A stretch of 64,000 bases of DNA from Macrostomum hystrix (lineage: Eukaryota; Animalia; Platyhelminthes). Positions 36,973-50,301 of this stretch are shown here, piece after piece. Numbering within the stretch: the stretch's first letter is position 1; each line of letters starts with the position of its first letter. Location: positions 5,084,001 through 5,148,000 of the forward strand of contig CATNEN010000024.1 of assembly GCA_950097015.1 (NCBI GenBank), given 5' to 3'. A program made the position numbers and the translations under genes. Under the pieces are notes generated by a model that was given only the letters and a program-made list of their open reading frames with translations, had not been told where the DNA came from and made no database searches.

Positions 36973-37414
36973 ATCGAAAAAATGTTCGCACAAATCCATT
37001 TATCCTATTACTTTAGTTGTCGCTAGTCTAGATAGATAATGCTGAAATTGCAAACAAGCACATACCTCTGTGTGAGATACAAGATTAACTTGGACACGTA
37101 GGAATCCTTTGGACACTGGAATCTTTCATCTCAGCATCCACATGCGGTTGCATTCAAAGAGAACTGCGCTTCAATTGTTTGTTTCATAAAAAAAATAAAT
37201 AATAAACAACTGAAAGCTTTTTATATTAATCGATTAGCATTTAGTTGATTGATTGTTTATTCATCGTCTTGCAAATAATTTCTTATCAAATTTTTCGATA
37301 ATAAAACCCAAAGCTTTTCTTACATTGTATTTCATCACAAATCCTAATTCTCAACTATTTTAAAAGAATTGCTGCTTAAACTTTAATATAAAATTAACCC
37401 AATCTTACCTACTT

Positions 37415-40400
37415 CATGATTCCAAATTCAGAATCTCCATCATTTCCGAATTCAGAAGCTTCATCATTACCGAATCCAGAATCTCCATCATTTCCGAATT
37501 CAGAAGCTTCATCATTTCCGAATTCAGAAGCTTCATCATTTCCGAATTCAGAAGCTTCATCATTACCGAATTCAGAATCTCCATCATTTCCGAATTCAGA
37601 AGCTTCATCATTTCCGAATTCAGAAGCTCCATCATTACTGTATTCCGAAGCTTCATCATTTCCGAATCCAGAAGCTTCATCATTACCGAATTCAGAATCT
37701 CCATCATTTCCGAATTCAGAAGCTTCATCATTTCCAAATCCAGAAGCTTCATCATTTCCAAATCCAGAAGCTTCATCATTACCGAATTCAGAATCTCCAT
37801 CATTTCCGAATTCAGAAGCTTCATCATTACCGAATTCAGAATCTCCATCATTTCCGAATTCAGAAGCTTCATCATTTCCAAATCCAGAAGCTTCATCATT
37901 TCCAAATCCAGAAGCTTCATCATTACCGAATTCAGAAGCTTCATCATTACCGAATCCAGAAGCTTCATCATTTCCAAATCCAGAAGCTTCATCATTTCCG
38001 AATTCAGAAGCTTCATCATTACCGAATTCAGAAGCTTCATCATTACCGAATTCAGAATCTCCATCATTTCCGAATTCAGAAGCTTCATCATTTCCAAATC
38101 CAGAAGCTTCATCATTACCGAATTCAGAATCTCCATCATTTCCGAATTCAGAATCTCCATCATTTCCGAATTCAGAAGCTTCATCATTACCGAATCCAGA
38201 AGCTTCATCATTTCCGAATTCAGAAGCTTCATCATTTCCGAATCCAGAAGCTTCATCACTACCGAATCCAGAAGCTTCATCATTTCCGAATCCAGAAGCT
38301 TCATCATTTCCGAATCCAGAAGCTTCATCATTTCCGAATCCAGAAGCTTCATCATTTCCGAATCCAGAAGCTTCATCATTACCGAATTCAGAAGCTTCAT
38401 CATTTCCGAATTCTGAAGCTTCATCATTTCCGAATCCAGAAGCTTCATCACTACCGAATTCAGAAGCTTCATCATTTCCGAATTCAGAAGCTTCATCATT
38501 TCCGAATCCAGAAGCTTCATCACTACCGAATTCAGAAGCTTCATCATTTCCGAATCCAGAAGCTTCATCATTTCCGAATTCAGAAGCTTCATCATTTCCG
38601 AATCCGGAAGCTTCATCATTACCGAATTCAGAATCTCCATCATTTCCGAATTCAGAATCTCCATCATTTCCGAATTCAGAAGCTTCATCATTACCGAATC
38701 CAGAAGCTTCATCATTTCCGAATTCAGAAGCTTCATCATTTCCGAATTCATAAGCTTCATCATTTCTGAATCCAGAAGCTTCATCATTTCCGAATTCAGA
38801 AGCTTCATCATTTCCGAATCCAGAAGCTTCATCATTTCCGAATCCGGAAGCTTCATCATTACCGAATTCAGAATCTCCATCATTTCCGAATTCAGAATCT
38901 CCATCATTTCCGAATTGAGAAGCTTCATCATTACCGAATCCAGAAGCTTCATCATTACCGAATTCAGAAGCTTCATCACTACCGAATTCAGAAGCTTCAT
39001 CACTACCGAATTCAGAAGCTTCATCATTTCCGAATTCAGAAGCTTCATCACTACCGAATTCAGAAGCTTCATCATTTCCGAATCCAGAAGCTTCATCACT
39101 ACCGAATTCAGAAGCTTCATCACTACCGAATTCAGAAGCTTCATCACTACCGAATCCAGAAGCTTCATCATTTCCGAATCCAGAAGCTTCATCATTTCCG
39201 AATCCAGAAGCTTCATCATTTCCGAATCCAGAAGCTTCATCATTTCCAAATCCAGAAGCTTCATCATTTCCGAATCCAGAAGCTTCATCATTTCCGAATC
39301 CAGAAGCTTCATCATTTCCGAATCCAGAAGCTTCATCATTTCCAAATCCAGAAGCTTCATCATTTCCGAATCCAGAAGCTTCATCACTACCGAATTCAGA
39401 AGCTTCATCACTACCGAATTCAGAAGCTTCATCATTACCGAATTCAGAAGCTTCATCATTTCCGAATTCAGAAGCTTCATCATTTCCGAATTCAGAAGCT
39501 TCATCATTTCCGAATTCAGAAGCTTCATCATTTCCGAATTCAGAAGCTTCATCATTTCCGAATTCAGAAGCTTCATCATTACCGAATTCAGAATCTCCAT
39601 CATTTCCGAATTCAGAATCTCCATCATTTCCGAATTCAGAAGCTTCATCATTACCGAATCCAGAAGCTTCATCATTACCGAATTCAGAAGCTTCATCATT
39701 ACCGAATTCAGAAGCTTCATCACTACCGAATTCAGAAGCTTCATCATTTCCGAATTCAGAAGCTTCATCACTACCGAATTCAGAAGCTTCATCATTTCCG
39801 AATCCAGAAGCTTCATCACTACCGAATTCAGAAGCTTCATCACTACCGAATTCAGAAGCTTCATCACTACCGAATCCAGAAGCTTCATCATTTCCGAATC
39901 CAGAAGCTTCATCATTTCCGAATCCAGAAGCTTCATCATTTCTGAATCCAGAAGCTTCATCATTTCCAAATCCAGAAGCTTCATCATTTCCGAATCCAGA
40001 AGCTTCATCATTTCCGAATCCAGAAGCTTCATCATTTCCGAATCCAGAAGCTTCATCATTTCCAAATCCAGAAGCTTCATCATTTCCGAATCCAGAAGCT
40101 TCATCACTACCGAATTCAGAAGCTTCATCACTACCGAATTCAGAAGCTTCATCATTACCGAATTCAGAAGCTTCATCATTTCCGAATTCAGAAGCTTCAT
40201 CATTTCCGAATTCAGAAGCTTCATCATTTCCGAATTCAGAAGCTTCATCATTTCCGAATTCATAAGCTTCATCATTTCCGAATTCAGAAGCTTCATCACT
40301 ACCGAATTCAGAAGCTTCATCATTTCCGAATCCAGAAGCTTCATCACTACCGAATTCAGAAGCTTCATCACTACCGAATCCAGAAGCTTCATCATTTCCG

Positions 40401-41600
40401 AATCCAGAAGCTTCATCATTTCCGAATCCAGAAGCTTCATCATTTCCGAATCCAGAAGCTTCATCACTACCGAATTCAGAAGCTTCATCACTACCGAATT
40501 CAGAAGCTTCATCATTTCCGAATCCAGAAGCTTCATCATTTCCGAATCCAGAAGCTTCATCACTACCGAATTCAGAAGCTTCATCACTACCGAATTCAGA
40601 AGCTTCATCATTACCGAATTCAGAAGCTTCATCATTTCCGAATTCAGAAGCTTCATCATTTCCGAATTCAGAAGCTTCATCATTTCCGAATTCAGAAGCT
40701 TCATCATTTCCGAATTCATAAGCTTCATCATTTCCGAATTCAGAAGCTTCATCACTACCGAATTCAGAAGCTTCATCATTACCGAATCCAGAAGCTTCAT
40801 CATTTCCGAATCCAGAAGCTTCATCATTTCCGAATCCAGAAGCTTCATCATTTCCGAATCCAGAAGCTTCATCACTACCGAATTCAGAAGCTTCATCACT
40901 ACCGAATTCAGAAGCTTCATCATTTCCGAATTCAGAAGCTTCATCATTTCCGAATTCAGAAGCTTCATCATTTCCGAATTCATAAGCTTCATCATTTCTG
41001 AATCCAGAAGCTTCATCATTTCCGAATTCAGAAGCTTCATCATTTCCGAATCCAGAAGCTTCATCATTTCCGAATCCAGAAGCTTCATCATTTCCGAATT
41101 CATAAGCTTCATCATTTCTGAATCCAGAAGCTTCATCATTTCCGAATTCAGAAGCTTCATCATTTCCGAATTCAGAAGCTTCATCATTTCTGAATCCAGA
41201 AGCTTCATCATTTCCGAATTCAGAAGCTTCATCATTTCCGAATCCAGAAGCTTCATCATTTCCGAATCCAGAAGCTTCATCATTTCCGAATTCATAAGCT
41301 TCATCATTTCCGAATCCAGAAGCTTCATCATTACCGAATCCAGAAGCTTCATCACTACCGAATCCAGAAGCTTCATCATTTCCGAATTCATAAGCTTCAT
41401 CATTTCTGAATCCAGAAGCTTCATCACTACCGAATTCATAAGCTTCATCATTTCTGAATCCAGAAGCTTCATCACTACCGAATTCAGAAGCTTCATCATT
41501 TCCGAATTCAGAAGCTTCATCATTTCCGAATTCAGAAGCTTCATCATTACCGAATTCAGAAGCTTCATCATTACTGAATTTCGAAGGTTCATGGTTACTG
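37415..41600. repeat. 24-bp satellite (gaagcttcatcatttccgaattca), ~174 units, 4.2 kb
   Basis: Largest array, between the convergent ANKS1-like and ATP6V1F genes; units carry AAGCTT and often GAATTC. Confidence 0.97.
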
Positions 41601-42074
41601 TATTCCGAAGCTTAACATTTTCGGTTAAACTATACTTGAAATAAAATCTGCAGTAGACAAAAATAGGCTCTTTAAATGTATGCGTAATTTTATTATGGCA
41701 CTAACTTTTAGTTTTTACGTGCCAAACGTTGATGATTTATTATCTTGTCAAATAGTTTTAACCTCTGTAATCATATAGCAATCATCTACAAAGAATTGCA
41801 TAATATTAAACACAGGTGCAGTCAAATTGTAGTGAACTAATTAATTAGACTGTCTATGGTACTAACTGTGGCATCTAACTAAAGAATCTCTAAGAAAAAA
41901 ATTGTTTAAGAGCAGCAAAAATACATACAGGACTGAACAGAAATTTGAACTGAAATATTAATTTATGATGGATAAATATTTATTATGCAATTTTAAAGAG
42001 CGGAATAAAATAAAACGCGAGGTTGAAAATGAAGCATTTGTGTCCAGTGCCACAGGTATTCCCTCAATGAGAGT

Positions 42075-43124
42075 CTATCTGAAGTTCTCGCCAGAGAACA
42101 CACCCTTGGCGCGACGGAACACGCTGTCCTTGGTGGCATCGTACGGGTGCTCCTTGGACGGTATCTCCAGCACGGAGGGCAGCGGGGCGGTGTGCTGGTC
42201 AATCACGTGACGAATCATCTCGGCAATGTGCTGCACAACTAGAATGATGGACACATCGTCCCGGGCGACTAGACGCTTGAAGGCCTCCTCGATGTCGTGG
42301 ACTCTGCGTTTGAGACAGATTCGTGATGCCATTGCTGCTAAGCCTTACATGAATTTGTCAAGTCTAACACCCTGCCTAACAGGTAAACTAGTCAAGCCTA
42401 ACACTCTGCCTAACAGGTAAACTAGTCAAGTCTAACACCCTGCCTAACAGGTAAACTAGTCAAGCCTAACACCCTGCCTAACAGATAGACTAGTCAAGCC
42501 TAACACCCTGCCTAAAAGATAAACTAGTCAAGCCTAACACCCTGTCTAACAGATGAACTAGTTAAGCCTAACACCCTGTCTAACAGATAAACTAGTGAAG
42601 CCTAACACCCTGCCTAAAAGATAAACTAGTCAAGCCTAACACCCTGTCTAACAGATGAACTAGTTAAGTCTAACACCCTGCCTAACAGATAAATTAGTCA
42701 AGTCTAACACCCTGTCTAACAGATAAACTAGTGAAGCCTAACACCCTGCCTAACAGATAAACTAGTCAAGCCTAACACCCTGTCTAACAGATGAACTAGT
42801 TAAGTCTAACACCCTGCCTAACAGATAAATTAGTCAAGTCTAACACCCTGCCTAACAGGTAAACTAGTTAAGTCTAACACCCTGTCTAACAGATATGGTA
42901 AATTTGTCGAGCCTAACACTCTAAAAGAAAAATTTTTCAAATTGAACACATTTCTAACATACAGTTGCGGTAGAAGCTACTCACTTAGTATTATTATCCA
43001 CCACAAAGAAGTTGTTGCCCTTTCTCTTGTCGGACTCGCCGATTCCGCCGAGCAAGAAGCCGGTGATGGTGTCCTCGTCGCCAATGATGGCAATCAGTTT
43101 GCCTCGAGCGGCCGCTAGCGACAT
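42075..43124 (-). CDS. ATP6V1F: V-type proton ATPase subunit F, 122 aa
   Basis: Exons 43124-42985 and 42303-42075: [30 protein letters not shown]...[11 protein letters not shown]...[23 protein letters not shown]; the intron holds a 34-bp array. Confidence 0.96.
42358..42920. repeat. 34-bp minisatellite (actagtcaagcctaacaccctgcctaacagataa)
   Basis: Tandem copies in the ATP6V1F intron. Confidence 0.93.
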
Positions 43125-43851
43125 AACTGTTTTAGAATTGCTTTTTATAAAAGAATCGCAAAAGCTGGAAATTTAGAAATTTAGAATAGATAAATATAAA
43201 TCTATATATATACATAATGACGACACCCAGCCCAGTTGGGACGGTGGCACAGCCGCAGCTATTGTGAGGCGCTGAAGACTATGTACAGCTCTTCAGTCCG
43301 TGGACTGTCAAAAGAAAAAGCATCTAATAGAGTATTGAGTTGTCTAAATTAATCAGAAAAATATTTAACGATTTATTACCCAATTCCTTAATCTGACTGA
43401 CAGCGCTTTCATAGAAAAAAATAAATTTACAAAATAAGAATTTCACGGGTCAAACAATGTCTCGGACAAAAAAGCGAAAGAAGAAAACGATTTTTAAAAA
43501 AGGATAAGAAACAATTCTGATTGTTAAATAAAACAAAATTAAAACAATACAATACTTAACAGATTATGAAATTTGATATAATAATAAAGACGGCATCACT
43601 AAATGGAATGCTGTTAATAAACAAGACAATGATGAAAATAATTTGAATTACTTGAATAGAACGCTTATAGCGGCTCGCAATTAAAAATCTAATAAACGAA
43701 TAATGCAGTTAGGGTGCGCTGACATGGGGCTGAAAGTGTGCCCGCTAAAGCTTTTGAAGTAAATCCAATAAAGAGGCCGATATGGATTCAAAACTATTTT
43801 AGTCCACTTTGACGAAAAATAATGCTTTGACATTGTGAGTTTGACTTTGAC

Positions 43852-44635
43852 TTACAGACATCCAGAACAGACTTACAGACATCCAGAACAGACTTACAGA
43901 CATCTAGAACAGACTAACATACATCTAGAACAGACTTACAGACACCCAGAACAGACCTACAGACACCCAGAACAGACTTACAGACATCTAGAACAGACTT
44001 ACAGACATCCAGAACAGACCTACAGACACCCAGAACAGACTCACAGACACCCAGAACAGACTTACAGACACCCAGAACAGACTCACAGACACCCAGAACA
44101 GACTCACAAACACCCAGAACAGACCTACAGACACCCAGAACAGACTTACAGACACCCAGAACAGACCTACAGACACCCAGAACAGACTTACAGACACCCA
44201 GAACAGACTTACAGACACCCAGAACAGACTCACAGACACCCAGAACAGACTCACAGACACCCAGAACAGACTCACAGACACCCAGAACAGACTCACAGAC
44301 ACCCAGAACAGACTCACAGACACCCAGAACAGACTCACAGACACCCAGAACAGACTCACAGACACCCAGAACAGACTCACAGACACCCAGAACAGACTCA
44401 CAGACACCCAGAACAGACTCACAGACACCCAGAACAGACTCACAGACACCCAGAACAGACTCACAGACACCCAGAACAGACTCACAGACACCCAGAACAG
44501 ACTTACAGACACCCAGAACAGACTCACAGACACCCAGAACAGACTCACAGACACCCAGAACAGACTCACAGACACCCAGAACAGACTCACAGACACCCAG
44601 AACAGACTCACAGACACCCAGAACAGACTCACAGA
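43852..44635. repeat. 21-bp minisatellite (cagacacccagaacagactca)
   Basis: Tandem copies between PRPSAP and ATP6V1F. Confidence 0.95.
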
Positions 44636-44841
44636 GGCATAAAGAAAAGACAGACATACATTAAAGAAAATCGTTCCGAAAATAAAAGATAAACGATGAT
44701 AAAACAGACGCAAATATGGACAGTCCAAAAACTGGTCGATTTAGACAAAGGCAGGCAGGCAGGCAGGCAGTTTAAATTAGCGCCATAAAGCAGTGACAGA
44801 AAAGTCCGGTAGAAAGAATAATCAAATGATAGTTGCATTTG

Positions 44842-47800
44842 CTAGTCATCGCAAGTCACATGCGTGAACAGGTAAGACATGCTCTCATTGTTGTGAATTC
44901 TTCGGATTCCTTCAGCCACTAGGACGGACACGTCTACAGTTTTAATCTTGTGGCATTGCATTTTCTGCAGCTCGTGTGGCACAGTGTTGGTCACCACAAC
45001 TTCGTCGATGCGACAGTCGCGGGCGGCGATTTTCGTTGCAGCGTCGGCGCTAAGCAGGCCGTGCGTGGCCATGACGATGACGCGGAATGCGCCGCGGTCG
45101 TGCAGCAGCTCGGCGGCGCGAACGAACTGATCGATGTCGTCCACCATGTCCTCGACGATGATGGCGATGCGGCCGGAGACATCGCCGACTAGCTGCATCT
45201 GAGCCTTCTCCTTGGCCACCGGCATTGGGAAGAATCTCACGCCGAGGTGGTGGAGGGGCCTGTCAGGTATTGGGATTGGTTAAGTTGGGAATTGCAAAGT
45301 AAATTGATAAACTTTGAGCCTAGCTGACTCTTGTCTGTCACAGCCTTCCTGACTCATGTCTGTCACAGCCTTGCTGACTCATGTCTGTCACAGCCTAGCT
45401 GACTCATGTCTGTCACAGCCTAGCTGACTCATGTCTGTCACAGCCTAGCTGACTCATGTCTGTCACAGCCTTGCTGACTCATGTCTGTCACAGCCTTGCT
45501 GACTCATGTCGGTCACAGCCCTGCTGACTCATGTCTGTCACAGCCTTGCTGACTCATGTCGGTCACAGCCCTGCTGACTCATGTCTGTCACAGCCTAGCT
45601 GACTCTTGTCTGTCACAGCCTTGCTGACTCATGTCGGTCACAGCCCTGCTGACTCATGTCTGTCACAGCCTAGCTGACTCTTGTCTGTCACAGCCTTGCT
45701 GACTCTTGTCTGTCACAGCCTTGCTGACTCATGTCTGTCACAGCCCTGCTGACTCTTGTCTGTCACAGCCTAGCTGACTCTTGTCTGTCACAGCCTTGCT
45801 GACTCATGTCTGTCACAGCCTAGCTGACTCTTGTCTGTCACAGCCTTGCTGACACTTGTCTGTCGCAGCCTTGCTGTCTCTTGTCTGTCACAGCCTTGCT
45901 GACTCTTGTCTGTCACAGCCTTCCTGACTCTTGTCTGTCACAGCCTAACTGACTCTTGTCTGTCACAGCCTTGCTGACTCATGTCTGTCACAGCCTTCCT
46001 GACTCTTGTCTGTCCAGCCTTGCTGACTCTGGTCTATCACAGCCTTGCTGACTCATGTCTGTCACAGCCTTGCTGACTCATGTCTGTCACAGCCTAGCTG
46101 ACTCTTGTCTGTCACAGCCTTCCTGACTCTTGTCTGTCCAGCCTTGCTGTCTCTTGTCTGTCACAGCCTTCCTGACTCTTGTCTGTCACAGCCTTGCTGA
46201 CTCATGTCTGTCACAGCCCTGCTGACTCATGTCTGTCACAGCCTTGCTGACTCTTGTCTCTCACTGCATTCTTGACTTTCCGTATCACAGCAGCATCCCA
46301 GATTTTTGTCTGTCAGAGCTTTCAGGTAAATCAAACAGAAATAATAAGAAAAGGTGCACATAATATGGAAATTTATACTCGCTGATAATGAAAAATAGTG
46401 TTAATGAAGGAAAAAGATAGTTCAAAGGCCTAAATATAATCATTGAGTAATTATAAAATTTTCTTACTCTAGGACGTCTAGGTGATGTAATTGATTTGAT
46501 GGGTACTTGAAAATGAAATGTAAAAGCAAAATTAAAGCCATAATTCACATTTTATAAGAAGCCTGAATTCATTAAACACTTCAAATGTTGAACGAATTCA
46601 GTTAAAACAAAAATTACAAATAAACTTGAAAAAATTTAAAAGCATACACAAAAACTGGCAAATAAAACAAATAACATATGACAGTTGTAATCGAATGATA
46701 ACTTTGAATTGACAAGGATTAACCGGCTATACCTTCGGTCAGGTGAACGGGTTGAGTTTTGCTTGAATTTCTTTTTTCTGAAATAATTTTTTTCAATCAA
46801 TCAATCAAAAGCAATATGCAAAAAGGTTGCATAAGAGAAGGATCTTTTGTTATAAAAGACAACAATTCTAATGTGTTTAAAAAATGATGGATCAAAATAA
46901 AGAGTGACTAGACTTCAGACTAAGAAGTAAGAGTTTTAGCCTGAGGCCATTGTGAATTAGTGTTGCTTATCCTGAGGCCATTGTGAATTAGTGTTGCTTA
47001 TCCTGAGGCCATTGTGAATTAGTGTTGCTTATCCTGAGGAAATTGTGAATTAGTGTTGCTTATCCTGAGGCCATTGTGAATTAGTGTTGCTTATCCCGAG
47101 ACCATTGTGAATTAGTGTTGCTTATCCTGAGGACATTGTGAATTAGTGTTGCTTATCCTGAGGACATTGTGAATTAGTGTTGCTTATCCCGAGACCATTG
47201 TGAATTAGTGTTGCTTATCCCGAGGCCATTGTGAATTAGTGTTGCTTATCCTGAGGACATTGTGAATTAGTGTTGCTTATCCTGAGGCCATTGTGAATTA
47301 GTGTTGCTTATCCTGAGGACATTGTGAATTAGTGTTGCTTATCCTGAGGCCATTGTGAATTAGTGTTGCTTATCCTGAGGAAATTGTGAATTAGTGTTGC
47401 TTATCCTGAGGACATTGTGAATTAGTGTTGCTTATCCTGAGGCCATTGTGAATTAGTGTTGCTTATCCTGAGGCCATTGTGAATTAGTGTTGCTTATCCT
47501 GAGGCCATTGTGAATTAGTGTTGCTTATCCCGAGACCATTGTGAATTAGTGTTGCTTATCCTGAGGACATTGTGAATTAGTGTTGCTTATCCTGAGGCCA
47601 TTGTGAATTAGTGTTGCTTATCCCGAGACCATTGTGAATTAGTGTTGCTTATCCTGAGGCCATTGTGAATTAGTGTTGCTTATCCTGAGGCCATTGTGAA
47701 TTAGTGTTGCTTATCCTGAGGACATTGTGAATTAGTGTTGCTTATCCCGAGACCATTGTGAATTAGTGTTGCTTATCCTGAGGCCATTGTGAAGCACTGA

Positions 47801-48693
47801 TTTTTAACATCAGGAAATTGTCAAGTACTATAAAGTAAAATGAAGCTACGAACAAAGTGCATTCAAGGATTATAAATCAAAAAGGGAATCTGTCAAACAA
47901 ATACAGAGCCTAATATAGTTTTACGTAAGCATGCAACTGACCTTCGATCTTCCATGGCGTTATTGCCACTGGCAGCGCCGTCAACAGCGCCGTCAACATT
48001 GGCAACAAGCATCTGCTCCATCTGGGTCGACAGCGGCGGAGAATTCCTGCCGTCGGCCCGCTCGGACTCCGAGTGCTCCTCGCCGTGAATGACAGCCAAT
48101 GGCAGGCGCAGCCGCTCTGAATAGGAAGTGGCCCGCTGCATAGCGGCGGCATTCCTGGCCACAATGACAGCGTTTCTATAATCCGACACGTTGTTCATGA
48201 CGTACTGAATTAGGAAGGACGAGGCCCGCAGATTGTCTATGGGCACACTGTAGAAGCCTTGAATCTCTTTCTTATGCAGGTCGACTGTAATCATGCGGCT
48301 TAGTCCGGTGTGACAGAATAGCGCAGCCAATAGGCGGCTAACGATAGCGCCGCGTTTTCTCATCTTACTCTGCTTACAGTAGGGCAGGTAGGGCATGACA
48401 ACATTAATAGTGCGAGCGTCGGCTGTTTTGCAGGCGTACATCATGATGATGAGTTCCATAATGTCATTATTAACATTCTTAGTGCCAGTCTGAATAATGA
48501 AGACATCGCGAGAGCGCATTGTTTCGTTAATTTCAACGCTAGTTTCTTTATTGCTTTTGTTCGATACGGACACACTGCCTAGCGGCACGGCTAGATATCT
48601 GGAAACTAGGCGAGCGAATTCCGGATGCGAATTGCCAGCTAGCAGCACCATGCCTTTGGTGGGCATGCCAAGCACTGTGGTGTGTTGGTTCAT
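44842..48693 (-). CDS. PRPSAP: Phosphoribosyl pyrophosphate synthase-associated protein (non-catalytic PAP39/41 type), ~389 aa
   Basis: Exons 48693-47942 and 45259-44842. PRPS fold with PAP-specific features: [19 protein letters not shown]...DGRNSPP insert, AKEK...[13 protein letters not shown]-terminal [12 protein letters not shown]. Confidence 0.93.
45318..46262. repeat. 25-bp minisatellite (gactcttgtctgtcacagccttgct)
   Basis: Tandem copies in the PRPSAP coding intron. Confidence 0.95.
46940..47792. repeat. 31-bp minisatellite (ctgaggccattgtgaattagtgttgcttatc)
   Basis: Tandem copies in the PRPSAP coding intron. Confidence 0.95.
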
Positions 48694-48821
48694 TGCCGGA
48701 ACTGGTAAATTCTGCTTGCCACTGAACTCTGCTGAAAGCAAATCGATTCTTTCACTTGATAAACTCTGCAAGGTTAAATATCATGGTCAGAATAATCATG
48801 GCCACTTGTCATGACATCATC

Positions 48822-49548
48822 ACTCTTGTCTGTCACAGCATTCTTGATCACTCTTGTCTGTCACAGCATTCCTGATCACCCATGTCTGTCACAGCATTCC
48901 TGATCACTCTTGTCTGTCACAGCATTCTTGATCACTCTTGTCTGTCACAGCATTCTTGATCACTCTTGTCTGTCACAGCATTCCTGATCACTCTTGTCTG
49001 TCACAGCATTCTTGATCACTCTTGTCTGTCACAGCATTCCTGATCACTCTTGTCTGTCACAGCATTCTTGATCACTCTTGTCTGTCACAGCATTCTTGAT
49101 CACTCTTGTCTGTCACAGCCTTGCTGACTCTTGTCTGTCACAGCATACCTGATCACTCTTGTCTGTCACAGCCTTGCTGACTCTTGTTTGTCACTGCACT
49201 CGCATCCGCATCCTGATCTGTCTGTCACAGCATACCTGATCACTCTTGTCTGTCACAGCCTTGCTGACTCTTGTTTGTCACTGCACTCGCATCCGCATCC
49301 TGATCTGTCTGTCACAGCATTCCTGATCACTCTTGTCTGTCACAGCATTCCTGATCACTCTTGTCTGTCACAGCCTTGCTGACTCTTGTTTGTCACTGCA
49401 CTCGCATCCGCATCCTGATCTGTCTGTCACAGCATTCCTGATCACTCTTGTCTGTCACAGCATTCCTGATCACTCTTGTCTGTCACAGCCTTGCTGACTC
49501 TTGTTTGTCACTGCACTCGCATCCGCATCCTGATCTGTCTGTCACTGC
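48822..49548. repeat. 28-bp minisatellite (atcactcttgtctgtcacagcattcctg) with composite longer units
   Basis: Tandem copies upstream of the PRPSAP coding exon. Confidence 0.93.
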
Positions 49549-50301
49549 ATGGCTAAAAATTACCTAAAAAGGAAAGAATACAAAAGCGACAGGAACGATT
49601 AGTGGTAAAAAGTTTGAGTTTATTAAAAAACTGCGTGTCTAAAAAGCATTTTAAAATCGATACTTAAAAAATCGACAATGAAGGCACGCATGGCTAATCG
49701 CGTGACACAAAGCATCACAATTGGTTTCATTTCATTTTTATCTTTCGATTCTGTGAGCAAGATAGCTCGTAAGTTTATTTGGAAATAATTATGTATCGAA
49801 AAAAGTGTTAACGAATCAATCTTTAAAAAAATGATTACACCTAGCAAATATTTGATTGCACCTGGGTTTAATAATAAATGGAATGCAGGAATCAGTTTAA
49901 AAGTTCAAAGCAATTACTCAATTCATGCAGACTGAAATTAGAAAAACTAATAATTTTATTAAAGTGATTGAAAGCGAGGACTTTTTCAATATGATTTTTA
50001 TAAAAGTGCAAAAATGCAATCAACGTGTAAATTAAAAATTGTTGCTTTAAAAATCAATTTGGTTAAGAAAAAATGAAAGATAAATCAACAAAATAGGTAC
50101 AACTCGGAATGGAAGCAAGCTTTCTTTTAATTAAAAAAGTCTATAACAGTTCATTTGAAAATAATTTATGCGAGAAAAAGGAATCAAATGGTGGGAAGAA
50201 TTGCTAAACAATTGACGGATTGATTCGTGATTTAAATTCTAGCCTTGCAAAGTCCAACCGCAGAGCAGTTTATTCGTTAATTAACCGCGTCGCCGATCAT
50301 T

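Noticed and set aside
37414-41644. 1392-aa, 909-aa and 445-aa ORFs
   Set aside because: Products of a 24-bp unit lacking stops in several frames on both strands; no unique flanking coding sequence.
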